From an uncultured Gammaproteobacteria bacterium (GTDB lineage Bacteria; Patescibacteriota; Patescibacteriia; Patescibacteriales; GWE2-39-37): 64,000 nt of DNA. The position numbers were made by a program, and so were the translations under genes. Positions 35,707 through 44,380 of the stretch are shown piece after piece. The notes below the pieces were generated by a model. It was not told where the DNA came from and ran no database searches. It worked only from the letters and a program-made list of their open reading frames with translations. How positions within the stretch are numbered: position 1 is the first letter of the stretch; each line of letters begins with the position of its first letter. The DNA is taken from contig CAYUCS010000001.1 in assembly GCA_964443495.1 (NCBI GenBank), forward strand, positions 277,496 through 341,495. The letters run 5' to 3'.

Positions 35707-36420
35707 ATGAAAAACGAACGCGGTATTTATCCGGTTATAATCAACAAATATCTGGCTTTGAAGAAGATCAGCAGCCGCAAGGAGGCTGATCGGCTGCTTA
35801 AGGCGGGCAAAATCAGGATCAATGGCCGCCTGGCAGAGCCTGGGCAGATGGTCGGAGAATCGGACGAAGTCGACGTCGACGTTAATGAAAACTTCATTTA
35901 TCTGGCTTACCATAAGCCCAAAGGTATCATTACGCACAGCCCGCAAGGCAAAGAGAAAAGTATCGCCGATATTTTCAAGACGAAAGAGAAGGTTTTTCCG
36001 ATCGGCCGGCTAGATAAGGCTTCGTCCGGCCTGATCATCCTGACGAACGACGGGCGGATTACCGATAGGCTGCTCAACCCGGATGTCTGGCACGAAAAAG
36101 AGTACGAGGTTACGGTCAACAAGAAGCTCGAGCCCCGGACGCTGCGACAGCTGGAACAGGGAGTCAAGCTCGATGACGGCTACCTGACCCGCCCTTGCAA
36201 GACCAGGATGCTTGGCGACAGGAAATTCGGCATCATCCTGACTGAAGGCAAGAAGCATCAGATCAGGCGGATGTGCCAGGCCCTCGGCTACCATGTCGAC
36301 GAGCTTAAAAGAATCCGGGTAATCAACATTAGGCTAGCGGACATCAAGGCCGGAGGCTTCCGTGAAATCAAGGGCCAGGAAAAAGAAAGGTTCTTGAAGT
36401 TGGTCGGTTTGAATAAATAG
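35707..36420 (+). CDS. Pseudouridine synthase, RsuA/RluB family (S4 domain plus catalytic domain)
   Basis: S4-like N-terminus: SRKEADRLLKAGKIRINGR. Catalytic motif: GRLDKASSGLIILTNDG, then KKHQIRRM. A TTG at 35698 is an alternative start. Confidence 0.85.
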   Translation: MKNERGIYPVIINKYLALKKISSRKEADRLLKAGKIRINGRLAEPGQMVGESDEVDVDVNENFIYLAYHKPKGIITHSPQGKEKSIADIFKTKEKVFPIGRLDKASSGLIILTNDGRITDRLLNPDVWHEKEYEVTVNKKLEPRTLRQLEQGVKLDDGYLTRPCKTRMLGDRKFGIILTEGKKHQIRRMCQALGYHVDELKRIRVINIRLADIKAGGFREIKGQEKERFLKLVGLNK

Positions 36421-36454
36421 TCGTGCCAAGGAGTTTAAATAATAAGACAATAAT

Positions 36455-36919
36455 ATGACTGAACAAACCAATAGGCCTCGCCGTTCGCGGGCCGATCGAA
36501 TCATCTTCGGCGTTTGTGGCGGGTTGGCCAAGCATTATGAGCTCGACGCGACTCTGATCAGGATACTTTTCATCCTGCTAGCTCTGACCAATGGCGTCGG
36601 CATCGTCCTTTACCTGATCTTGGCAGTGATCATGCCTCTCGAATCGGGAACGGAAGAGGAGCTGGACCGCGGAGCCAAGGCCAAGGAATTCGCCGAGGAG
36701 GTGGGGCAGAAAGCCAGGGCGCTGGGAGAAGAAGTGCGCGCCAACCGGTCTTGGCGCTGGCGTTCAAGGAATGTTTTCGGCGGCGCAGTGGTATTCATCG
36801 GCGTGATAATGCTCTTGGAACAGACGGTGCCGTTCATCTTCCATTGGATCAATTGGGGAGTGATCTGGCCGCTCTTGATAATATTGCTCGGCCTTTATCT
36901 GATTATCAATAAGGATTAA
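36455..36919 (+). CDS. PspC domain-containing membrane protein
   Basis: RSRADRIIFGVCGGLAKHYELDATLIRILFILLAL is the canonical PspC N-terminal motif. Confidence 0.8.
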   Translation: MTEQTNRPRRSRADRIIFGVCGGLAKHYELDATLIRILFILLALTNGVGIVLYLILAVIMPLESGTEEELDRGAKAKEFAEEVGQKARALGEEVRANRSWRWRSRNVFGGAVVFIGVIMLLEQTVPFIFHWINWGVIWPLLIILLGLYLIINKD

Positions 36920-36929
36920 GTGCAAACAT

Positions 36930-37949
36930 ATGGATCCTATCAATAATAATGATGCCGGGGAGGTGAAATCGGCGGAAGAGAAAATCCGCGAAATCCACCA
37001 TCACCATTATCGCAACCGAGGTTTCAATTTCGGCAGGCTGCTTTTCGGCTTGATCGTCATCATGTTCGGCTTGGCTTTTCTGGCCAGGAACGCCGGTTGG
37101 CTGCCCTACGATATAAGTGTCGATTGGTCGCTCTTGTGGCCGATCGCGGTAATACTTGTCGGTCTCTCATTGATGACCGGCCAGGGCTGGGCCTCGTTGG
37201 TTATCGGCGTGGTCGTGACGTTGGGAGTATTGTTCCTTATCGGTTCCATGTTCTGGCGAGGCCCGATCGGTTTCGGTCCAAGCATGATGGGTTGGCGAGG
37301 GGATTGGCAAGAACGTCGCCAGTTATCGGATAGCGTCTCCTATGCCATTGCCAAAGAACCCGAGGCCAAGCGCGGCGAGATCGCTATCAGGGGCGGGGCC
37401 GGAAGGATCAAGGTCCAAGGCGGGGCGGAACGGCTGATCGAAGGCGTCCTGGTATCGAACTTCGCCCAGGTCTCCACCAGCTCCAAGGTTATCGATGGCC
37501 GCCAAGTGGCTGCGGTTGAGGCCTGGGGGCAAGGCGGCATGATGATGGGCGGCTGGAAGAACGATTTGTCGGCGGCGATTACCAAAGATATCCCGGTTGA
37601 TCTGGCAATCGATGGCGGAGCTGCCTCGCTCGAACTGGACCTTACGCGGGTCGTTGCTGAGTCGGTCAAGATAAATACCGGCGCTTCATCGGTCGATCTG
37701 GCGTTGGGGGACAAGGCAGCCAATGCCAAGGTCGATATCAATGCCGGAGCCAGCTCTGTCGATATCGAGGTGCCGAAAAACGTCGGCGTCAAAGCGGTGC
37801 TGAAGTCCGCCCTCACCAGCGCCGACTTGCCAGGTTTCGAGAAGCTCGGCGACGACACTTACGCGACCAAGGATTTCGATAAGGCCGAAAAGAAAGTCGA
37901 GCTGAATCTAGAGCTGGGCGTATCAAGCGTCAAAATCGTCCTTAAATGA
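36930..37949 (+). CDS. Membrane protein with a LiaF/toastrack-like C-terminal beta-repeat domain
   Basis: Four N-terminal TMs, then repetitive beta-strand-like segments: VKINTGASSVDLALGD...VDINAGASSVDIEVPKNVGVKAV. Adjacency to PspC fits the envelope-stress gene pairs known in monoderms. Confidence 0.5.
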   Translation: MDPINNNDAGEVKSAEEKIREIHHHHYRNRGFNFGRLLFGLIVIMFGLAFLARNAGWLPYDISVDWSLLWPIAVILVGLSLMTGQGWASLVIGVVVTLGVLFLIGSMFWRGPIGFGPSMMGWRGDWQERRQLSDSVSYAIAKEPEAKRGEIAIRGGAGRIKVQGGAERLIEGVLVSNFAQVSTSSKVIDGRQVAAVEAWGQGGMMMGGWKNDLSAAITKDIPVDLAIDGGAASLELDLTRVVAESVKINTGASSVDLALGDKAANAKVDINAGASSVDIEVPKNVGVKAVLKSALTSADLPGFEKLGDDTYATKDFDKAEKKVELNLELGVSSVKIVLK

Positions 37950-37978
37950 TCGTCTGCTAATTCTATAATTTGAATGAT

Positions 37979-38620
37979 ATGAAAAAGAACCTATTGCTTT
38001 TCGCAGCGTTCGCGATCATCTTGTCAGGCTGCAACATAGTCAACACGGAACCGCAGGTGTCCGATGGCAGCGGAAAGCCCGATGGCGCCGATAAGCCAGC
38101 TGTCATATCTGGCAGCAAGGTGGACTTGAGCGGCAAGAACATGGCCAACCTATCGACCGGCATCTTCGACCAGTCGGGCGTGACTTCATTCGATGTCTCC
38201 GATAACCGGCTGACCGGCGCTTTGCCTTCGGAAATCGGCAAATGGAAGCAGCTCGAATCGCTCGATGCCAGCAACAACCTGATGACCGGCATTCCTGCGG
38301 AAATCGGGCAGTTGCGGTTCCTTAAGTCGGTCGATTATGGCAACAACCAGATCGACACGATGCCGAACGAGATTGCCAACCTGGCCAACCTTGAGCGCTT
38401 GTCGCTGGCCGGCAACCTGTATCGCGAAGTGCCGCTGACGTTGCTGCAGCTGCCGAAATTGAGCTCGCTCAACTTGTCTGACAATCGCATCACGAAATTA
38501 CCGGATGATCTCTCCGGCTGGAAGAATGTCCGCACCATCAATCTGGCTGGCAATCCGCTGCCGACGGCTGAGGTCCAACGGGCGCGGCTGGCTTTGCCCG
38601 GCGCGGAAGTCAATTTTTAG
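37979..38620 (+). CDS. Leucine-rich-repeat lipoprotein
   Basis: Lipobox: MKKNLLLFAAFAIILSGC. At least six LRRs of the type L..L.L..N.L..(I/L)P.EI. A TTG at 37970 is an alternative start. Confidence 0.8.
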   Translation: MKKNLLLFAAFAIILSGCNIVNTEPQVSDGSGKPDGADKPAVISGSKVDLSGKNMANLSTGIFDQSGVTSFDVSDNRLTGALPSEIGKWKQLESLDASNNLMTGIPAEIGQLRFLKSVDYGNNQIDTMPNEIANLANLERLSLAGNLYREVPLTLLQLPKLSSLNLSDNRITKLPDDLSGWKNVRTINLAGNPLPTAEVQRARLALPGAEVNF

Positions 38621-38622
38621 CC

Positions 38623-39294
38623 ATGGCGAGCCAAGAAGCTATCCGGCCCAAGCCGAGGCTATTCGCCGTGTATAAGCCGGTCGGCCCGACTTCGCATGAC
38701 GTGGTCAATCGGGTCCGCCGGGCGACCGGTGAGCGGCGCGTCGGCCATGCCGGCACCTTGGATCCGCTAGCAAGCGGCGTCTTGGTAGTGGCGGTCGGTC
38801 GCGAATCGACCAAACAGATCCAATCGATAGTCGAGAGCGAGAAAGAGTATGTTGCCGGCATCCGCCTAGGGCAGGGCAGTACGACCGATGATGCCGAGGG
38901 AGAAAAGCATGACGGGCCGGCCATAAAGCCGCCCGCTGAGGTTGATATTAAAAAGGTGTTGGATGGATTTATCGGAGAGATTGAGCAGGTTCCGCCCGCC
39001 TTCAGTGCCATCAAGATCGGCGGCAGGCCGGCCTACAAGCTGGCCAGGAAAGGCCAGTCCGTCGAGCTCAAGGCGCGCACAGTACTGATCAAGGAGATCG
39101 AACTGCTTGATTACGCCTGGCCCGAATTGAGAATCAGAGTGGTCACTGGTCCGGGAACGTATATCCGAAGCCTGGCTCGCGACATCGGCCAAGCGCTTGG
39201 CACGGCTGCGTACATGTCGTCATTGGAGCGGACCAGGGTGGGGCAATTCACTAAAGAGGAATCAGTACGCTTGGAAGATTTGGACAAAATATAA
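38623..39294 (+). CDS. truB: tRNA pseudouridine(55) synthase
   Basis: VGHAGTLDPLASGVLVVAVG catalytic Asp motif, then ...VPPAFSAIKIGGRPAYKLAR.... Confidence 0.9.
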   Translation: MASQEAIRPKPRLFAVYKPVGPTSHDVVNRVRRATGERRVGHAGTLDPLASGVLVVAVGRESTKQIQSIVESEKEYVAGIRLGQGSTTDDAEGEKHDGPAIKPPAEVDIKKVLDGFIGEIEQVPPAFSAIKIGGRPAYKLARKGQSVELKARTVLIKEIELLDYAWPELRIRVVTGPGTYIRSLARDIGQALGTAAYMSSLERTRVGQFTKEESVRLEDLDKI

Positions 39295-39302
39295 ACATGA
39301 TT

Positions 39303-39335
39303 AAAAAATCTCGGCCGAGTGTCCGAGATTTTTTA
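39303..39335. terminator. Bidirectional rho-independent terminator between truB and the convergent small ORF
   Basis: aaaaa-atctcgg-ccgagtgt-ccgagat-ttttt, with an A-run and a T-run flanking a 7-bp stem. Confidence 0.75.
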
Positions 39336-39524
39336 AACTTCGATTTTTGCTAGGAACCAGCTGAAGGGCCGGTATTCTTTCAGCTCCTGGATGATTTTTT
39401 TGCCGCCCTCCTCAGTGACCAGATTGAGTCCGATGACCAGGAGGATGATGCCTGGGATAATCGGCAGGATTAATCCGGCAAAGCCGATCAGGATGATGAA
39501 ATAGCCGAAAATTAGTCGAGCCAT
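39333..39524 (-). CDS. Small (63 aa) two-TM membrane protein
   Basis: FGYFIILIGFAGLILPIIPGIILLVIGL. On the minus strand, TTGACA, a 16-nt spacer and TATAAT lie at 39552-39579. Confidence 0.5.
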   Translation of the reverse strand: MARLIFGYFIILIGFAGLILPIIPGIILLVIGLNLVTEEGGKKIIQELKEYRPFSWFLAKIEV

Positions 39525-39610
39525 AGAGGTGTTTTATTAAATAGACACTTAATTATACATGATTTTGTTATTTTGTCAAGGCCTTTGGTTGTCATTTATC
39601 TAAAATAAGC

Positions 39611-39642
39611 CAAAATTAAACCCCCTTACTCGCGTAAGGGGG
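39611..39642 (-). terminator. Rho-independent terminator of the beta-rich secreted protein gene
   Basis: Minus-strand reading: ccccctta-cgcg-agtaaggggg (roughly a 9-bp stem) followed by TTTAATTTT. Confidence 0.75.
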
Positions 39643-39668
39643 TGGTTTGTTCGTCTGACGAGGTGATA

Positions 39669-40445
39669 TCAGAAGAGCGTTTTTTCCAGAACAGCCCTGA
39701 ATGAGGCCGTTTCCTTGAAGGTCGCATCGACATTCAGCGACAAGCCGCTGCCGAGATCGATCCTGGCGCCAGCGATGCCGGCCGCCACGGACTTCTCCTT
39801 GAGGCTTGAGCCGTATGTGTCGCTGCCCCAGGCAGTGTTCCAGTAGGTTTCCTTGAGGTTGGCACGCACGAGTTGCAGCGCCGGCCCGGCGTAAAGATGG
39901 ACGTTTTCCCAGTCTTTTTGCGCCAGCAGCCCTACCTCAATGATCTTGAGGTCGCGGATTTCGAACGTGGAGCCGAATTGTTCGGTAGCCCAGCCGACGA
40001 CGTTGCCATCATTGTCATAGACTTCATAATAGTAGTCGCCAGATGCGTTGTGGCCGGGGCTGCCGAAGTGGTACTTGAATTTGCCGTAAACGCCGAGCTG
40101 GAAGTTGTTCTCGAACTGATGTATCCGCTTGGACAGCTCCACTGAGACGGCGGCGCTGTCATCGACCCTGAGGGGCGCGTTCCCATCGTAGTATTCGTAG
40201 CCGGATTTGAGCGTCTCGATCGTCAGGCCGGCACTGGCGTGCAGGCCGATGTCCGCCAAGTCGTAGCTCAGTTTGGGGCCGTAGCCGGACGTTTTGACCT
40301 TGACGATATCGAGGTCGTGCTCATTTTGCTCGAAAACGAAGCCGAGACTGAGGCCATCTTTGTAGGCCAGGTTGTCCGCGGCGAGGGCGGGGGCAGCCGA
40401 GAGGGCGAGGGTGACCAAAGCGACAAGCAAAAGCAATTTCTTCAT
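39669..40445 (-). CDS. Secreted beta-strand-rich protein with a porin/OMP-like sequence pattern
   Basis: I prefer the ATG at 40445, which is preceded by GGAGGA. Signal peptide: MKKLLLLVALVTLALSAAPALA. Amphipathic alternation is seen throughout (GLSLGFVF, GLHASAGLTIE, QLGVYGKFKY, GSGLSLNVDATF). The last residue is Phe. Confidence 0.45.
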   Translation of the reverse strand: MKKLLLLVALVTLALSAAPALAADNLAYKDGLSLGFVFEQNEHDLDIVKVKTSGYGPKLSYDLADIGLHASAGLTIETLKSGYEYYDGNAPLRVDDSAAVSVELSKRIHQFENNFQLGVYGKFKYHFGSPGHNASGDYYYEVYDNDGNVVGWATEQFGSTFEIRDLKIIEVGLLAQKDWENVHLYAGPALQLVRANLKETYWNTAWGSDTYGSSLKEKSVAAGIAGARIDLGSGLSLNVDATFKETASFRAVLEKTLF

Positions 40446-40559
40446 CTGTATTCCTCCGTAGGATCGGTTGTGCCGCAAGCGGCTGTGATGTGGATGTTTT
40501 TGCTATTTTTACTATAAAAAACTATTTTTTCACCTCCTTTCAAAGGGCAAAGATTTTAA

Positions 40560-40588
40560 ACTATAACCCAATAATTAAAATTTGTCAA
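40560..40588 (-). promoter_or_regulatory. Consensus-like promoter for the beta-rich protein gene
   Basis: Minus strand: TTGACA, 17-nt spacer, TATAGT. The leader is about 110 nt. Confidence 0.6.
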
Positions 40589-40604
40589 GGGTATTTTTGT
40601 CCAA

Positions 40605-40635
40605 CAATAAAACAGGCTTATTCGGCCTGTTTTAT
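40605..40635. terminator. Terminator downstream of gdhA (minus strand), flanked by A and T runs
   Basis: aaaacaggc-ttattcg-gcctgtttt. Confidence 0.7.
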
Positions 40636-40645
40636 TGTATTTTAG

Positions 40646-41881
40646 CTAGCTCCTGTCAGACATGGCTTGCGCTACCCGTTCGACCGCCAAAGCGTAGGCG
40701 CCCAGGCGGAAAGTCGTGTCATATTTTTCCTTTTCGGCCCAAACGGATTCGAAGGCTTCGTGCATCATCTTTTTTAGTTTTTCCAGGACTTCGTTTTCTT
40801 CCCAGTAATAATTGTAAGCATTTTGAACTTGTTCCAGGTAGCTGACGGTCACGCCGCCGGCATTGGCTAGGATGTCGGGAACTATAACTGCGCCTTTTTC
40901 ATTCAGGATCCTTTCGGCATCTGGCGAGGTCGGTCCATTGGCCATCTCGATGATCAGCTTGGCTTTGACTTCTCCGGCGTTTTTGGCGGTGATGGCGTTT
41001 TCCAGGGCGGCTGGAATCAGGATGTCGACGTCGTAGGTGATGACGCTTTCGGGCTTGTCGTTTTCGGTTCCGGCGCAATCGGCGACCGAGCCGGTCATCT
41101 CCTTGTGCTGCCTGACCGCATCGATATCGAGCCCCATGGCGTTGTGGATCGAGCATTTGGAGTCGCTGACTGTCAGGACTTTATAGCCTGCCTCCTGCAG
41201 CAATTGGGCCATGTGGCTGCCGGCGTTGCCGAAGCCTTGGATTCCTACCGTAGCGTGCTTTTTCAGGCCAAGTTTCTGCGCCGCCGCTTCGAGCACGTAG
41301 AATGCGCCTTGGGCCGTGGCGTAATCCCGTACTTTGGAGCCGCCGATCGGCAGGGGTTTGCCGGTGATGACACCCGGGCGATGGCTTCCGATGATGGTTT
41401 CATATTCGTCGAGCATCCAGGCCATGATCTGGGAATTAGTGTTGACGTCAGGGGCCGGAACGTCCAAATCAGGACCGAGATTGCGATGCAGTCGGCGGAT
41501 GTAGCCGCGCGAAAGCTTTTCCAGTTCTGCAAGCGAGAGCTCCTTGGGGTTGACGATGACGCCGCCCTTGCCGCCGCCGAGCGGCAGGTTCATGACGGCC
41601 GTTTTCCAGGTCATCCAGGCCGAAAGCGCCTTGACCTCATTCTCGTTGACGTCCTGATGGAAGCGGATGCCGCCCTTGTAGGCGCCCCTGGCGCTATTCC
41701 ACTGCGAGCGGAAGCCGGTGAAGACCCGGATCGTTCCGTCATCCATCCTGACCGGGATGGAAACTTCAATGAACCGTTCAGGCGCCTGCAGCTGCGCGAA
41801 GATGTTCGGATTTATTTTTAGGAAACGATTAACCTGGCCTAGCTGCTCCAAGGCAGAGGCTAAGGGATTGTAGTTTTGCAT
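40646..41881 (-). CDS. gdhA: Glutamate dehydrogenase
   Basis: 411 aa. KGGIRFH...MTWKTAVMNLPLGGGKGGV...GFGNAGSH are the classic Glu/Leu/Phe/Val dehydrogenase motifs. Confidence 0.92.
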   Translation of the reverse strand: MQNYNPLASALEQLGQVNRFLKINPNIFAQLQAPERFIEVSIPVRMDDGTIRVFTGFRSQWNSARGAYKGGIRFHQDVNENEVKALSAWMTWKTAVMNLPLGGGKGGVIVNPKELSLAELEKLSRGYIRRLHRNLGPDLDVPAPDVNTNSQIMAWMLDEYETIIGSHRPGVITGKPLPIGGSKVRDYATAQGAFYVLEAAAQKLGLKKHATVGIQGFGNAGSHMAQLLQEAGYKVLTVSDSKCSIHNAMGLDIDAVRQHKEMTGSVADCAGTENDKPESVITYDVDILIPAALENAITAKNAGEVKAKLIIEMANGPTSPDAERILNEKGAVIVPDILANAGGVTVSYLEQVQNAYNYYWEENEVLEKLKKMMHEAFESVWAEKEKYDTTFRLGAYALAVERVAQAMSDRS

Positions 41882-41898
41882 ATTTGATAGATTAGGCT

Positions 41899-42231
41899 TT
41901 AAGCGATGGCGTCGGTGAGCTCTTTGGCGAAGGTTTCCTGGTCGCGGTAGCCGACGAATTCCTTGGCGACCTGGCCGTTGCGGAAGAGCTTCATATTGGG
42001 GATGCTTTGGATGTTATATTTGCCGGCCAGTTCGGCATGATCCATATTCTCGACATCGAGCTTGGTAATCTTAAGCTTGCCGTCGAACTGGACGGACAAA
42101 TCGTCCAATATCGGAGCCATCATACGGCAAGGCCCGCACCAAGGTGCCCAGAAATCCACCAGGACAGGCAGTTCGGATTTTAAGACTTCATTTTCAAAAG
42201 TCTTGTCTGTCAGATTGATCGTTTTGCTCAT
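41899..42231 (-). CDS. trxA: Thioredoxin
   Basis: 110 aa, with active site WAPWCGPCR. Confidence 0.92.
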   Translation of the reverse strand: MSKTINLTDKTFENEVLKSELPVLVDFWAPWCGPCRMMAPILDDLSVQFDGKLKITKLDVENMDHAELAGKYNIQSIPNMKLFRNGQVAKEFVGYRDQETFAKELTDAIA

Positions 42232-42294
42232 AATTTGTTTTATTTATAATTTTTTCAATATATCAGCAATGAATTAAAAATTCATTAAACCGGG

Positions 42295-42558
42295 TCATTT
42301 CATCTTGATAATTGCCTCCAAGTGTTTCTTGTCGATCGGCTCGCCGCGGTCTAGGCGGCAGAGAACCTCGTTTTCCAAAAGTTCCATGGCCAGGGAGGAG
42401 GCTGCTTGCTTGACCGCAGACAACTGGGTGATGATGCCGCTGCAGGTGTCGCCTGCCTCGATCATGCGTCGGATGCCCTTGATTTGGCCTTCTAGGCGGG
42501 CCAGGCGATTCAAAAGCTTCTTGACTGAGGCCTCTTCGGCCGGGTTGATTTGCTTCAT
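42295..42558 (-). CDS. CsoR/RcnR-family metal- or thiol-sensing transcriptional repressor (two-Cys type, no His ligand)
   Basis: I prefer the ATG at 42558 (MKQINPAEE...). LLNRLARLEGQIKGIRRMIEAGDTCSGIITQLSAVKQA...LLENEVLC shows the family-typical helix pattern with Cys at the X and Z positions. Confidence 0.8.
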   Translation of the reverse strand: MKQINPAEEASVKKLLNRLARLEGQIKGIRRMIEAGDTCSGIITQLSAVKQAASSLAMELLENEVLCRLDRGEPIDKKHLEAIIKMK

Positions 42559-42570
42559 AAAGATGTTTTT

Positions 42571-42616
42571 ATATACCCTATGGGGGTATATTAGCAGAAT
42601 GGAAAAAGCTTGGCAA
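42571..42616 (-). promoter_or_regulatory. Promoter plus CsoR-type operator (AT-flanked G/C-tract pseudo-palindrome) upstream of the csoR-like gene
   Basis: Minus strand: TTGCCA (42611-42616), 17-nt spacer, TAATAT (42588-42593). The -10 is overlapped by ATATACCCCCATAGGGTATAT (42571-42591). Confidence 0.65.
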
Positions 42617-42789
42617 GGGGTGGTCAGCAAGGCCTTGTAATTCGCGGGTTTTTCCGTTATATTGGCTTAATAGCCTTGGAAACAAGGTCTATTGTTTTTT
42701 TGATCTTTAAATCCGAGAAGCTGCAACCGGCAAGATTATCATGAAGCAAGGATAAGAAATCCAACCCTGGTAAAAAGAGAGGAGGGAGT

Positions 42790-43338
42790 ATGAGCAAAAC
42801 TGACGTAAGAGTGATGATGGGCAGCGAATCCGATGCCGAACAAGGCAACAAGGTCTTGGCGATTCTCAGGAAGAACTGCGTAGCGCACAAGGTTACGATC
42901 GCCTCTTGCCATCGTAACATCGGCGGCGAGTTCGAGGAGCTGGCCAAAAGGATCGAAGAGCGGGTCATCCTGATGATCGGCGGCATGTCGTTCGCCGCAC
43001 CGGGAATCATGAGTTCGCTCTTGCGCAACGGAGGCAAGCTCGGTCACGTGATCATCGCGATTCCTTTGGACGAAGCTGCGCGAAGCGCGATCGAAGACCT
43101 GCCTAAGGGCACCGTCGTGCTGACCTGCGGCCTGAATCAGACGAGCATCAGCCACAGCATCGAAAACGCAACTCTGGCAGCCGTCCAGCTGAATGCCATC
43201 TTCAGGCTGCTTGAGAACGAACCGCGGCCGATGACGGCCTTTGCCGCCTACCTTGATGGTTCATCCAAGAAATTGATTGATGAAGTCGAGCTCGACAGCA
43301 ACGGTGATATTCCTTTGCCGTCCAAAAGCAAGCCTTGA
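42790..43338 (+). CDS. purE: PurE-like AIR carboxylase / N5-CAIR mutase (divergent)
   Basis: Strong RBS GAGAGGAGGGAG. MGSESD, SCHR (family motif SAHR) and IGGMSFAAPG (family motif GGAAHLPG). Confidence 0.65.
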   Translation: MSKTDVRVMMGSESDAEQGNKVLAILRKNCVAHKVTIASCHRNIGGEFEELAKRIEERVILMIGGMSFAAPGIMSSLLRNGGKLGHVIIAIPLDEAARSAIEDLPKGTVVLTCGLNQTSISHSIENATLAAVQLNAIFRLLENEPRPMTAFAAYLDGSSKKLIDEVELDSNGDIPLPSKSKP

Positions 43339-43383
43339 ACCCTGCGGCAATGCCGCATGACACACTCATCAGAGGAGGAGCGC

Positions 43384-44283
43384 ATGAAAAGACAGTTATT
43401 GTTGGAAACGGACTTTCCTGGATTGAAGCTGGCGGGCCGCGGCAAAGTCCGCGACATCTACGACCTGGGCGAGACGCTGCTGATCGTTACGACCGACCGC
43501 ATCTCGGCCTTCGATGTCATCATGAACGAAGCGGTGCCGCGCAAAGGCTATGTCCTGAACCAGCTGTCCGCATTCTGGTTCGACAAGATGGCGGACATTA
43601 TCCCGAGCCATATGGTTTCGGTCAACGTCGCTGATTTTCCCGAGGAGTGCCAGCAATATGCCGACGACCTTGTCGGCCGTTCCATGCTGGTCAAGAAGGC
43701 TAAGCCTTTGCCGATCGAATGCATCGTCCGCGGCTACATCTCCGGCTCCGGCTGGAAGGATTACCAGAAGACCGGAGCGGTCTGCGGCATCAAGCTGCCA
43801 GACGGACTGGTCGAATCCGACCGCCTGCCGAATCCGATCTTCACGCCGTCCACCAAGGCCGAGCTGGGTACTCACGACGAGAATATCTCGTTCGATCGGA
43901 TGATTCAGTTGCTCGGAGGTGACGGCAACCTGGCGGAACGCGTCCGCGACATCTGTCTCAGGATTTATGTCGAAGGGCACAATCTCGCCCGAAAGAAAGG
44001 AATCATCATCGCCGACACCAAATTCGAACTCGGTATCCATGACGGTGAGCTGATCATCATCGACGAATGCATGACGCCGGACTCCAGCCGTTTCTGGCCT
44101 GAGAGCCAGTACAAGCCCGGCGGGCCGCAGCCCTCGTTCGACAAGCAGTTCTTGAGGGACTATCTTGAAACCCTTGACTGGGGCAAGACTGCGCCCGCGC
44201 CGCCGCTGCCGGACGATATCGTGGCCAAGACCGCTGAAAAATACATGGAGGCGCTGTCCAGGATCGCCCGTTCGCCGAAATAG
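43384..44283 (+). CDS. purC: SAICAR synthetase
   Basis: I prefer the ATG at 43384, preceded by [32 protein letters not shown]...RGYISGSGW...ADTKFELG. Confidence 0.9.
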   Translation: MKRQLLLETDFPGLKLAGRGKVRDIYDLGETLLIVTTDRISAFDVIMNEAVPRKGYVLNQLSAFWFDKMADIIPSHMVSVNVADFPEECQQYADDLVGRSMLVKKAKPLPIECIVRGYISGSGWKDYQKTGAVCGIKLPDGLVESDRLPNPIFTPSTKAELGTHDENISFDRMIQLLGGDGNLAERVRDICLRIYVEGHNLARKKGIIIADTKFELGIHDGELIIIDECMTPDSSRFWPESQYKPGGPQPSFDKQFLRDYLETLDWGKTAPAPPLPDDIVAKTAEKYMEALSRIARSPK

Positions 44284-44304
44284 GCGGGTTAATTGCAGCA
44301 TTTT

Positions 44305-44335
44305 AGGCCGGCACCTTCGGGAGTCGGCCTTTTTA
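44305..44335 (+). terminator. Rho-independent terminator after purC
   Basis: aggccg-gcaccttcgggagt-cggcct followed by TTTTT. Confidence 0.7.
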
Positions 44336-44380
44336 TTCGGATATGATATTATGATATAAAGAATAATCGATCGAAACGAT

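Noticed and set aside
40511-40545. Mini-ORF (GTG AAA AAA TAG) preceded by AAAGGAGG in the leader of the beta-rich protein gene (minus strand)
   Set aside because: It has only three codons and a non-ATG start, and its conservation cannot be assessed here. It is most likely a fortuitous purine-rich stretch.
42631-42789. Possible purine or ZTP riboswitch in the 160-nt spacer upstream of purE
   Set aside because: I could not find the conserved cores. The purine riboswitch junction motifs (UAUA...UAUGG...CUACC) and the ZTP CCGCCUGGGC-type pseudoknot element are both absent. The spacer also has to hold the divergent csoR-like promoter.
43396-44301. 301-aa ORF on the minus strand
   Set aside because: It is antisense to purC, which carries clear SAICAR synthetase motifs. 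It has no motifs of its own, so I treat it as a shadow ORF.
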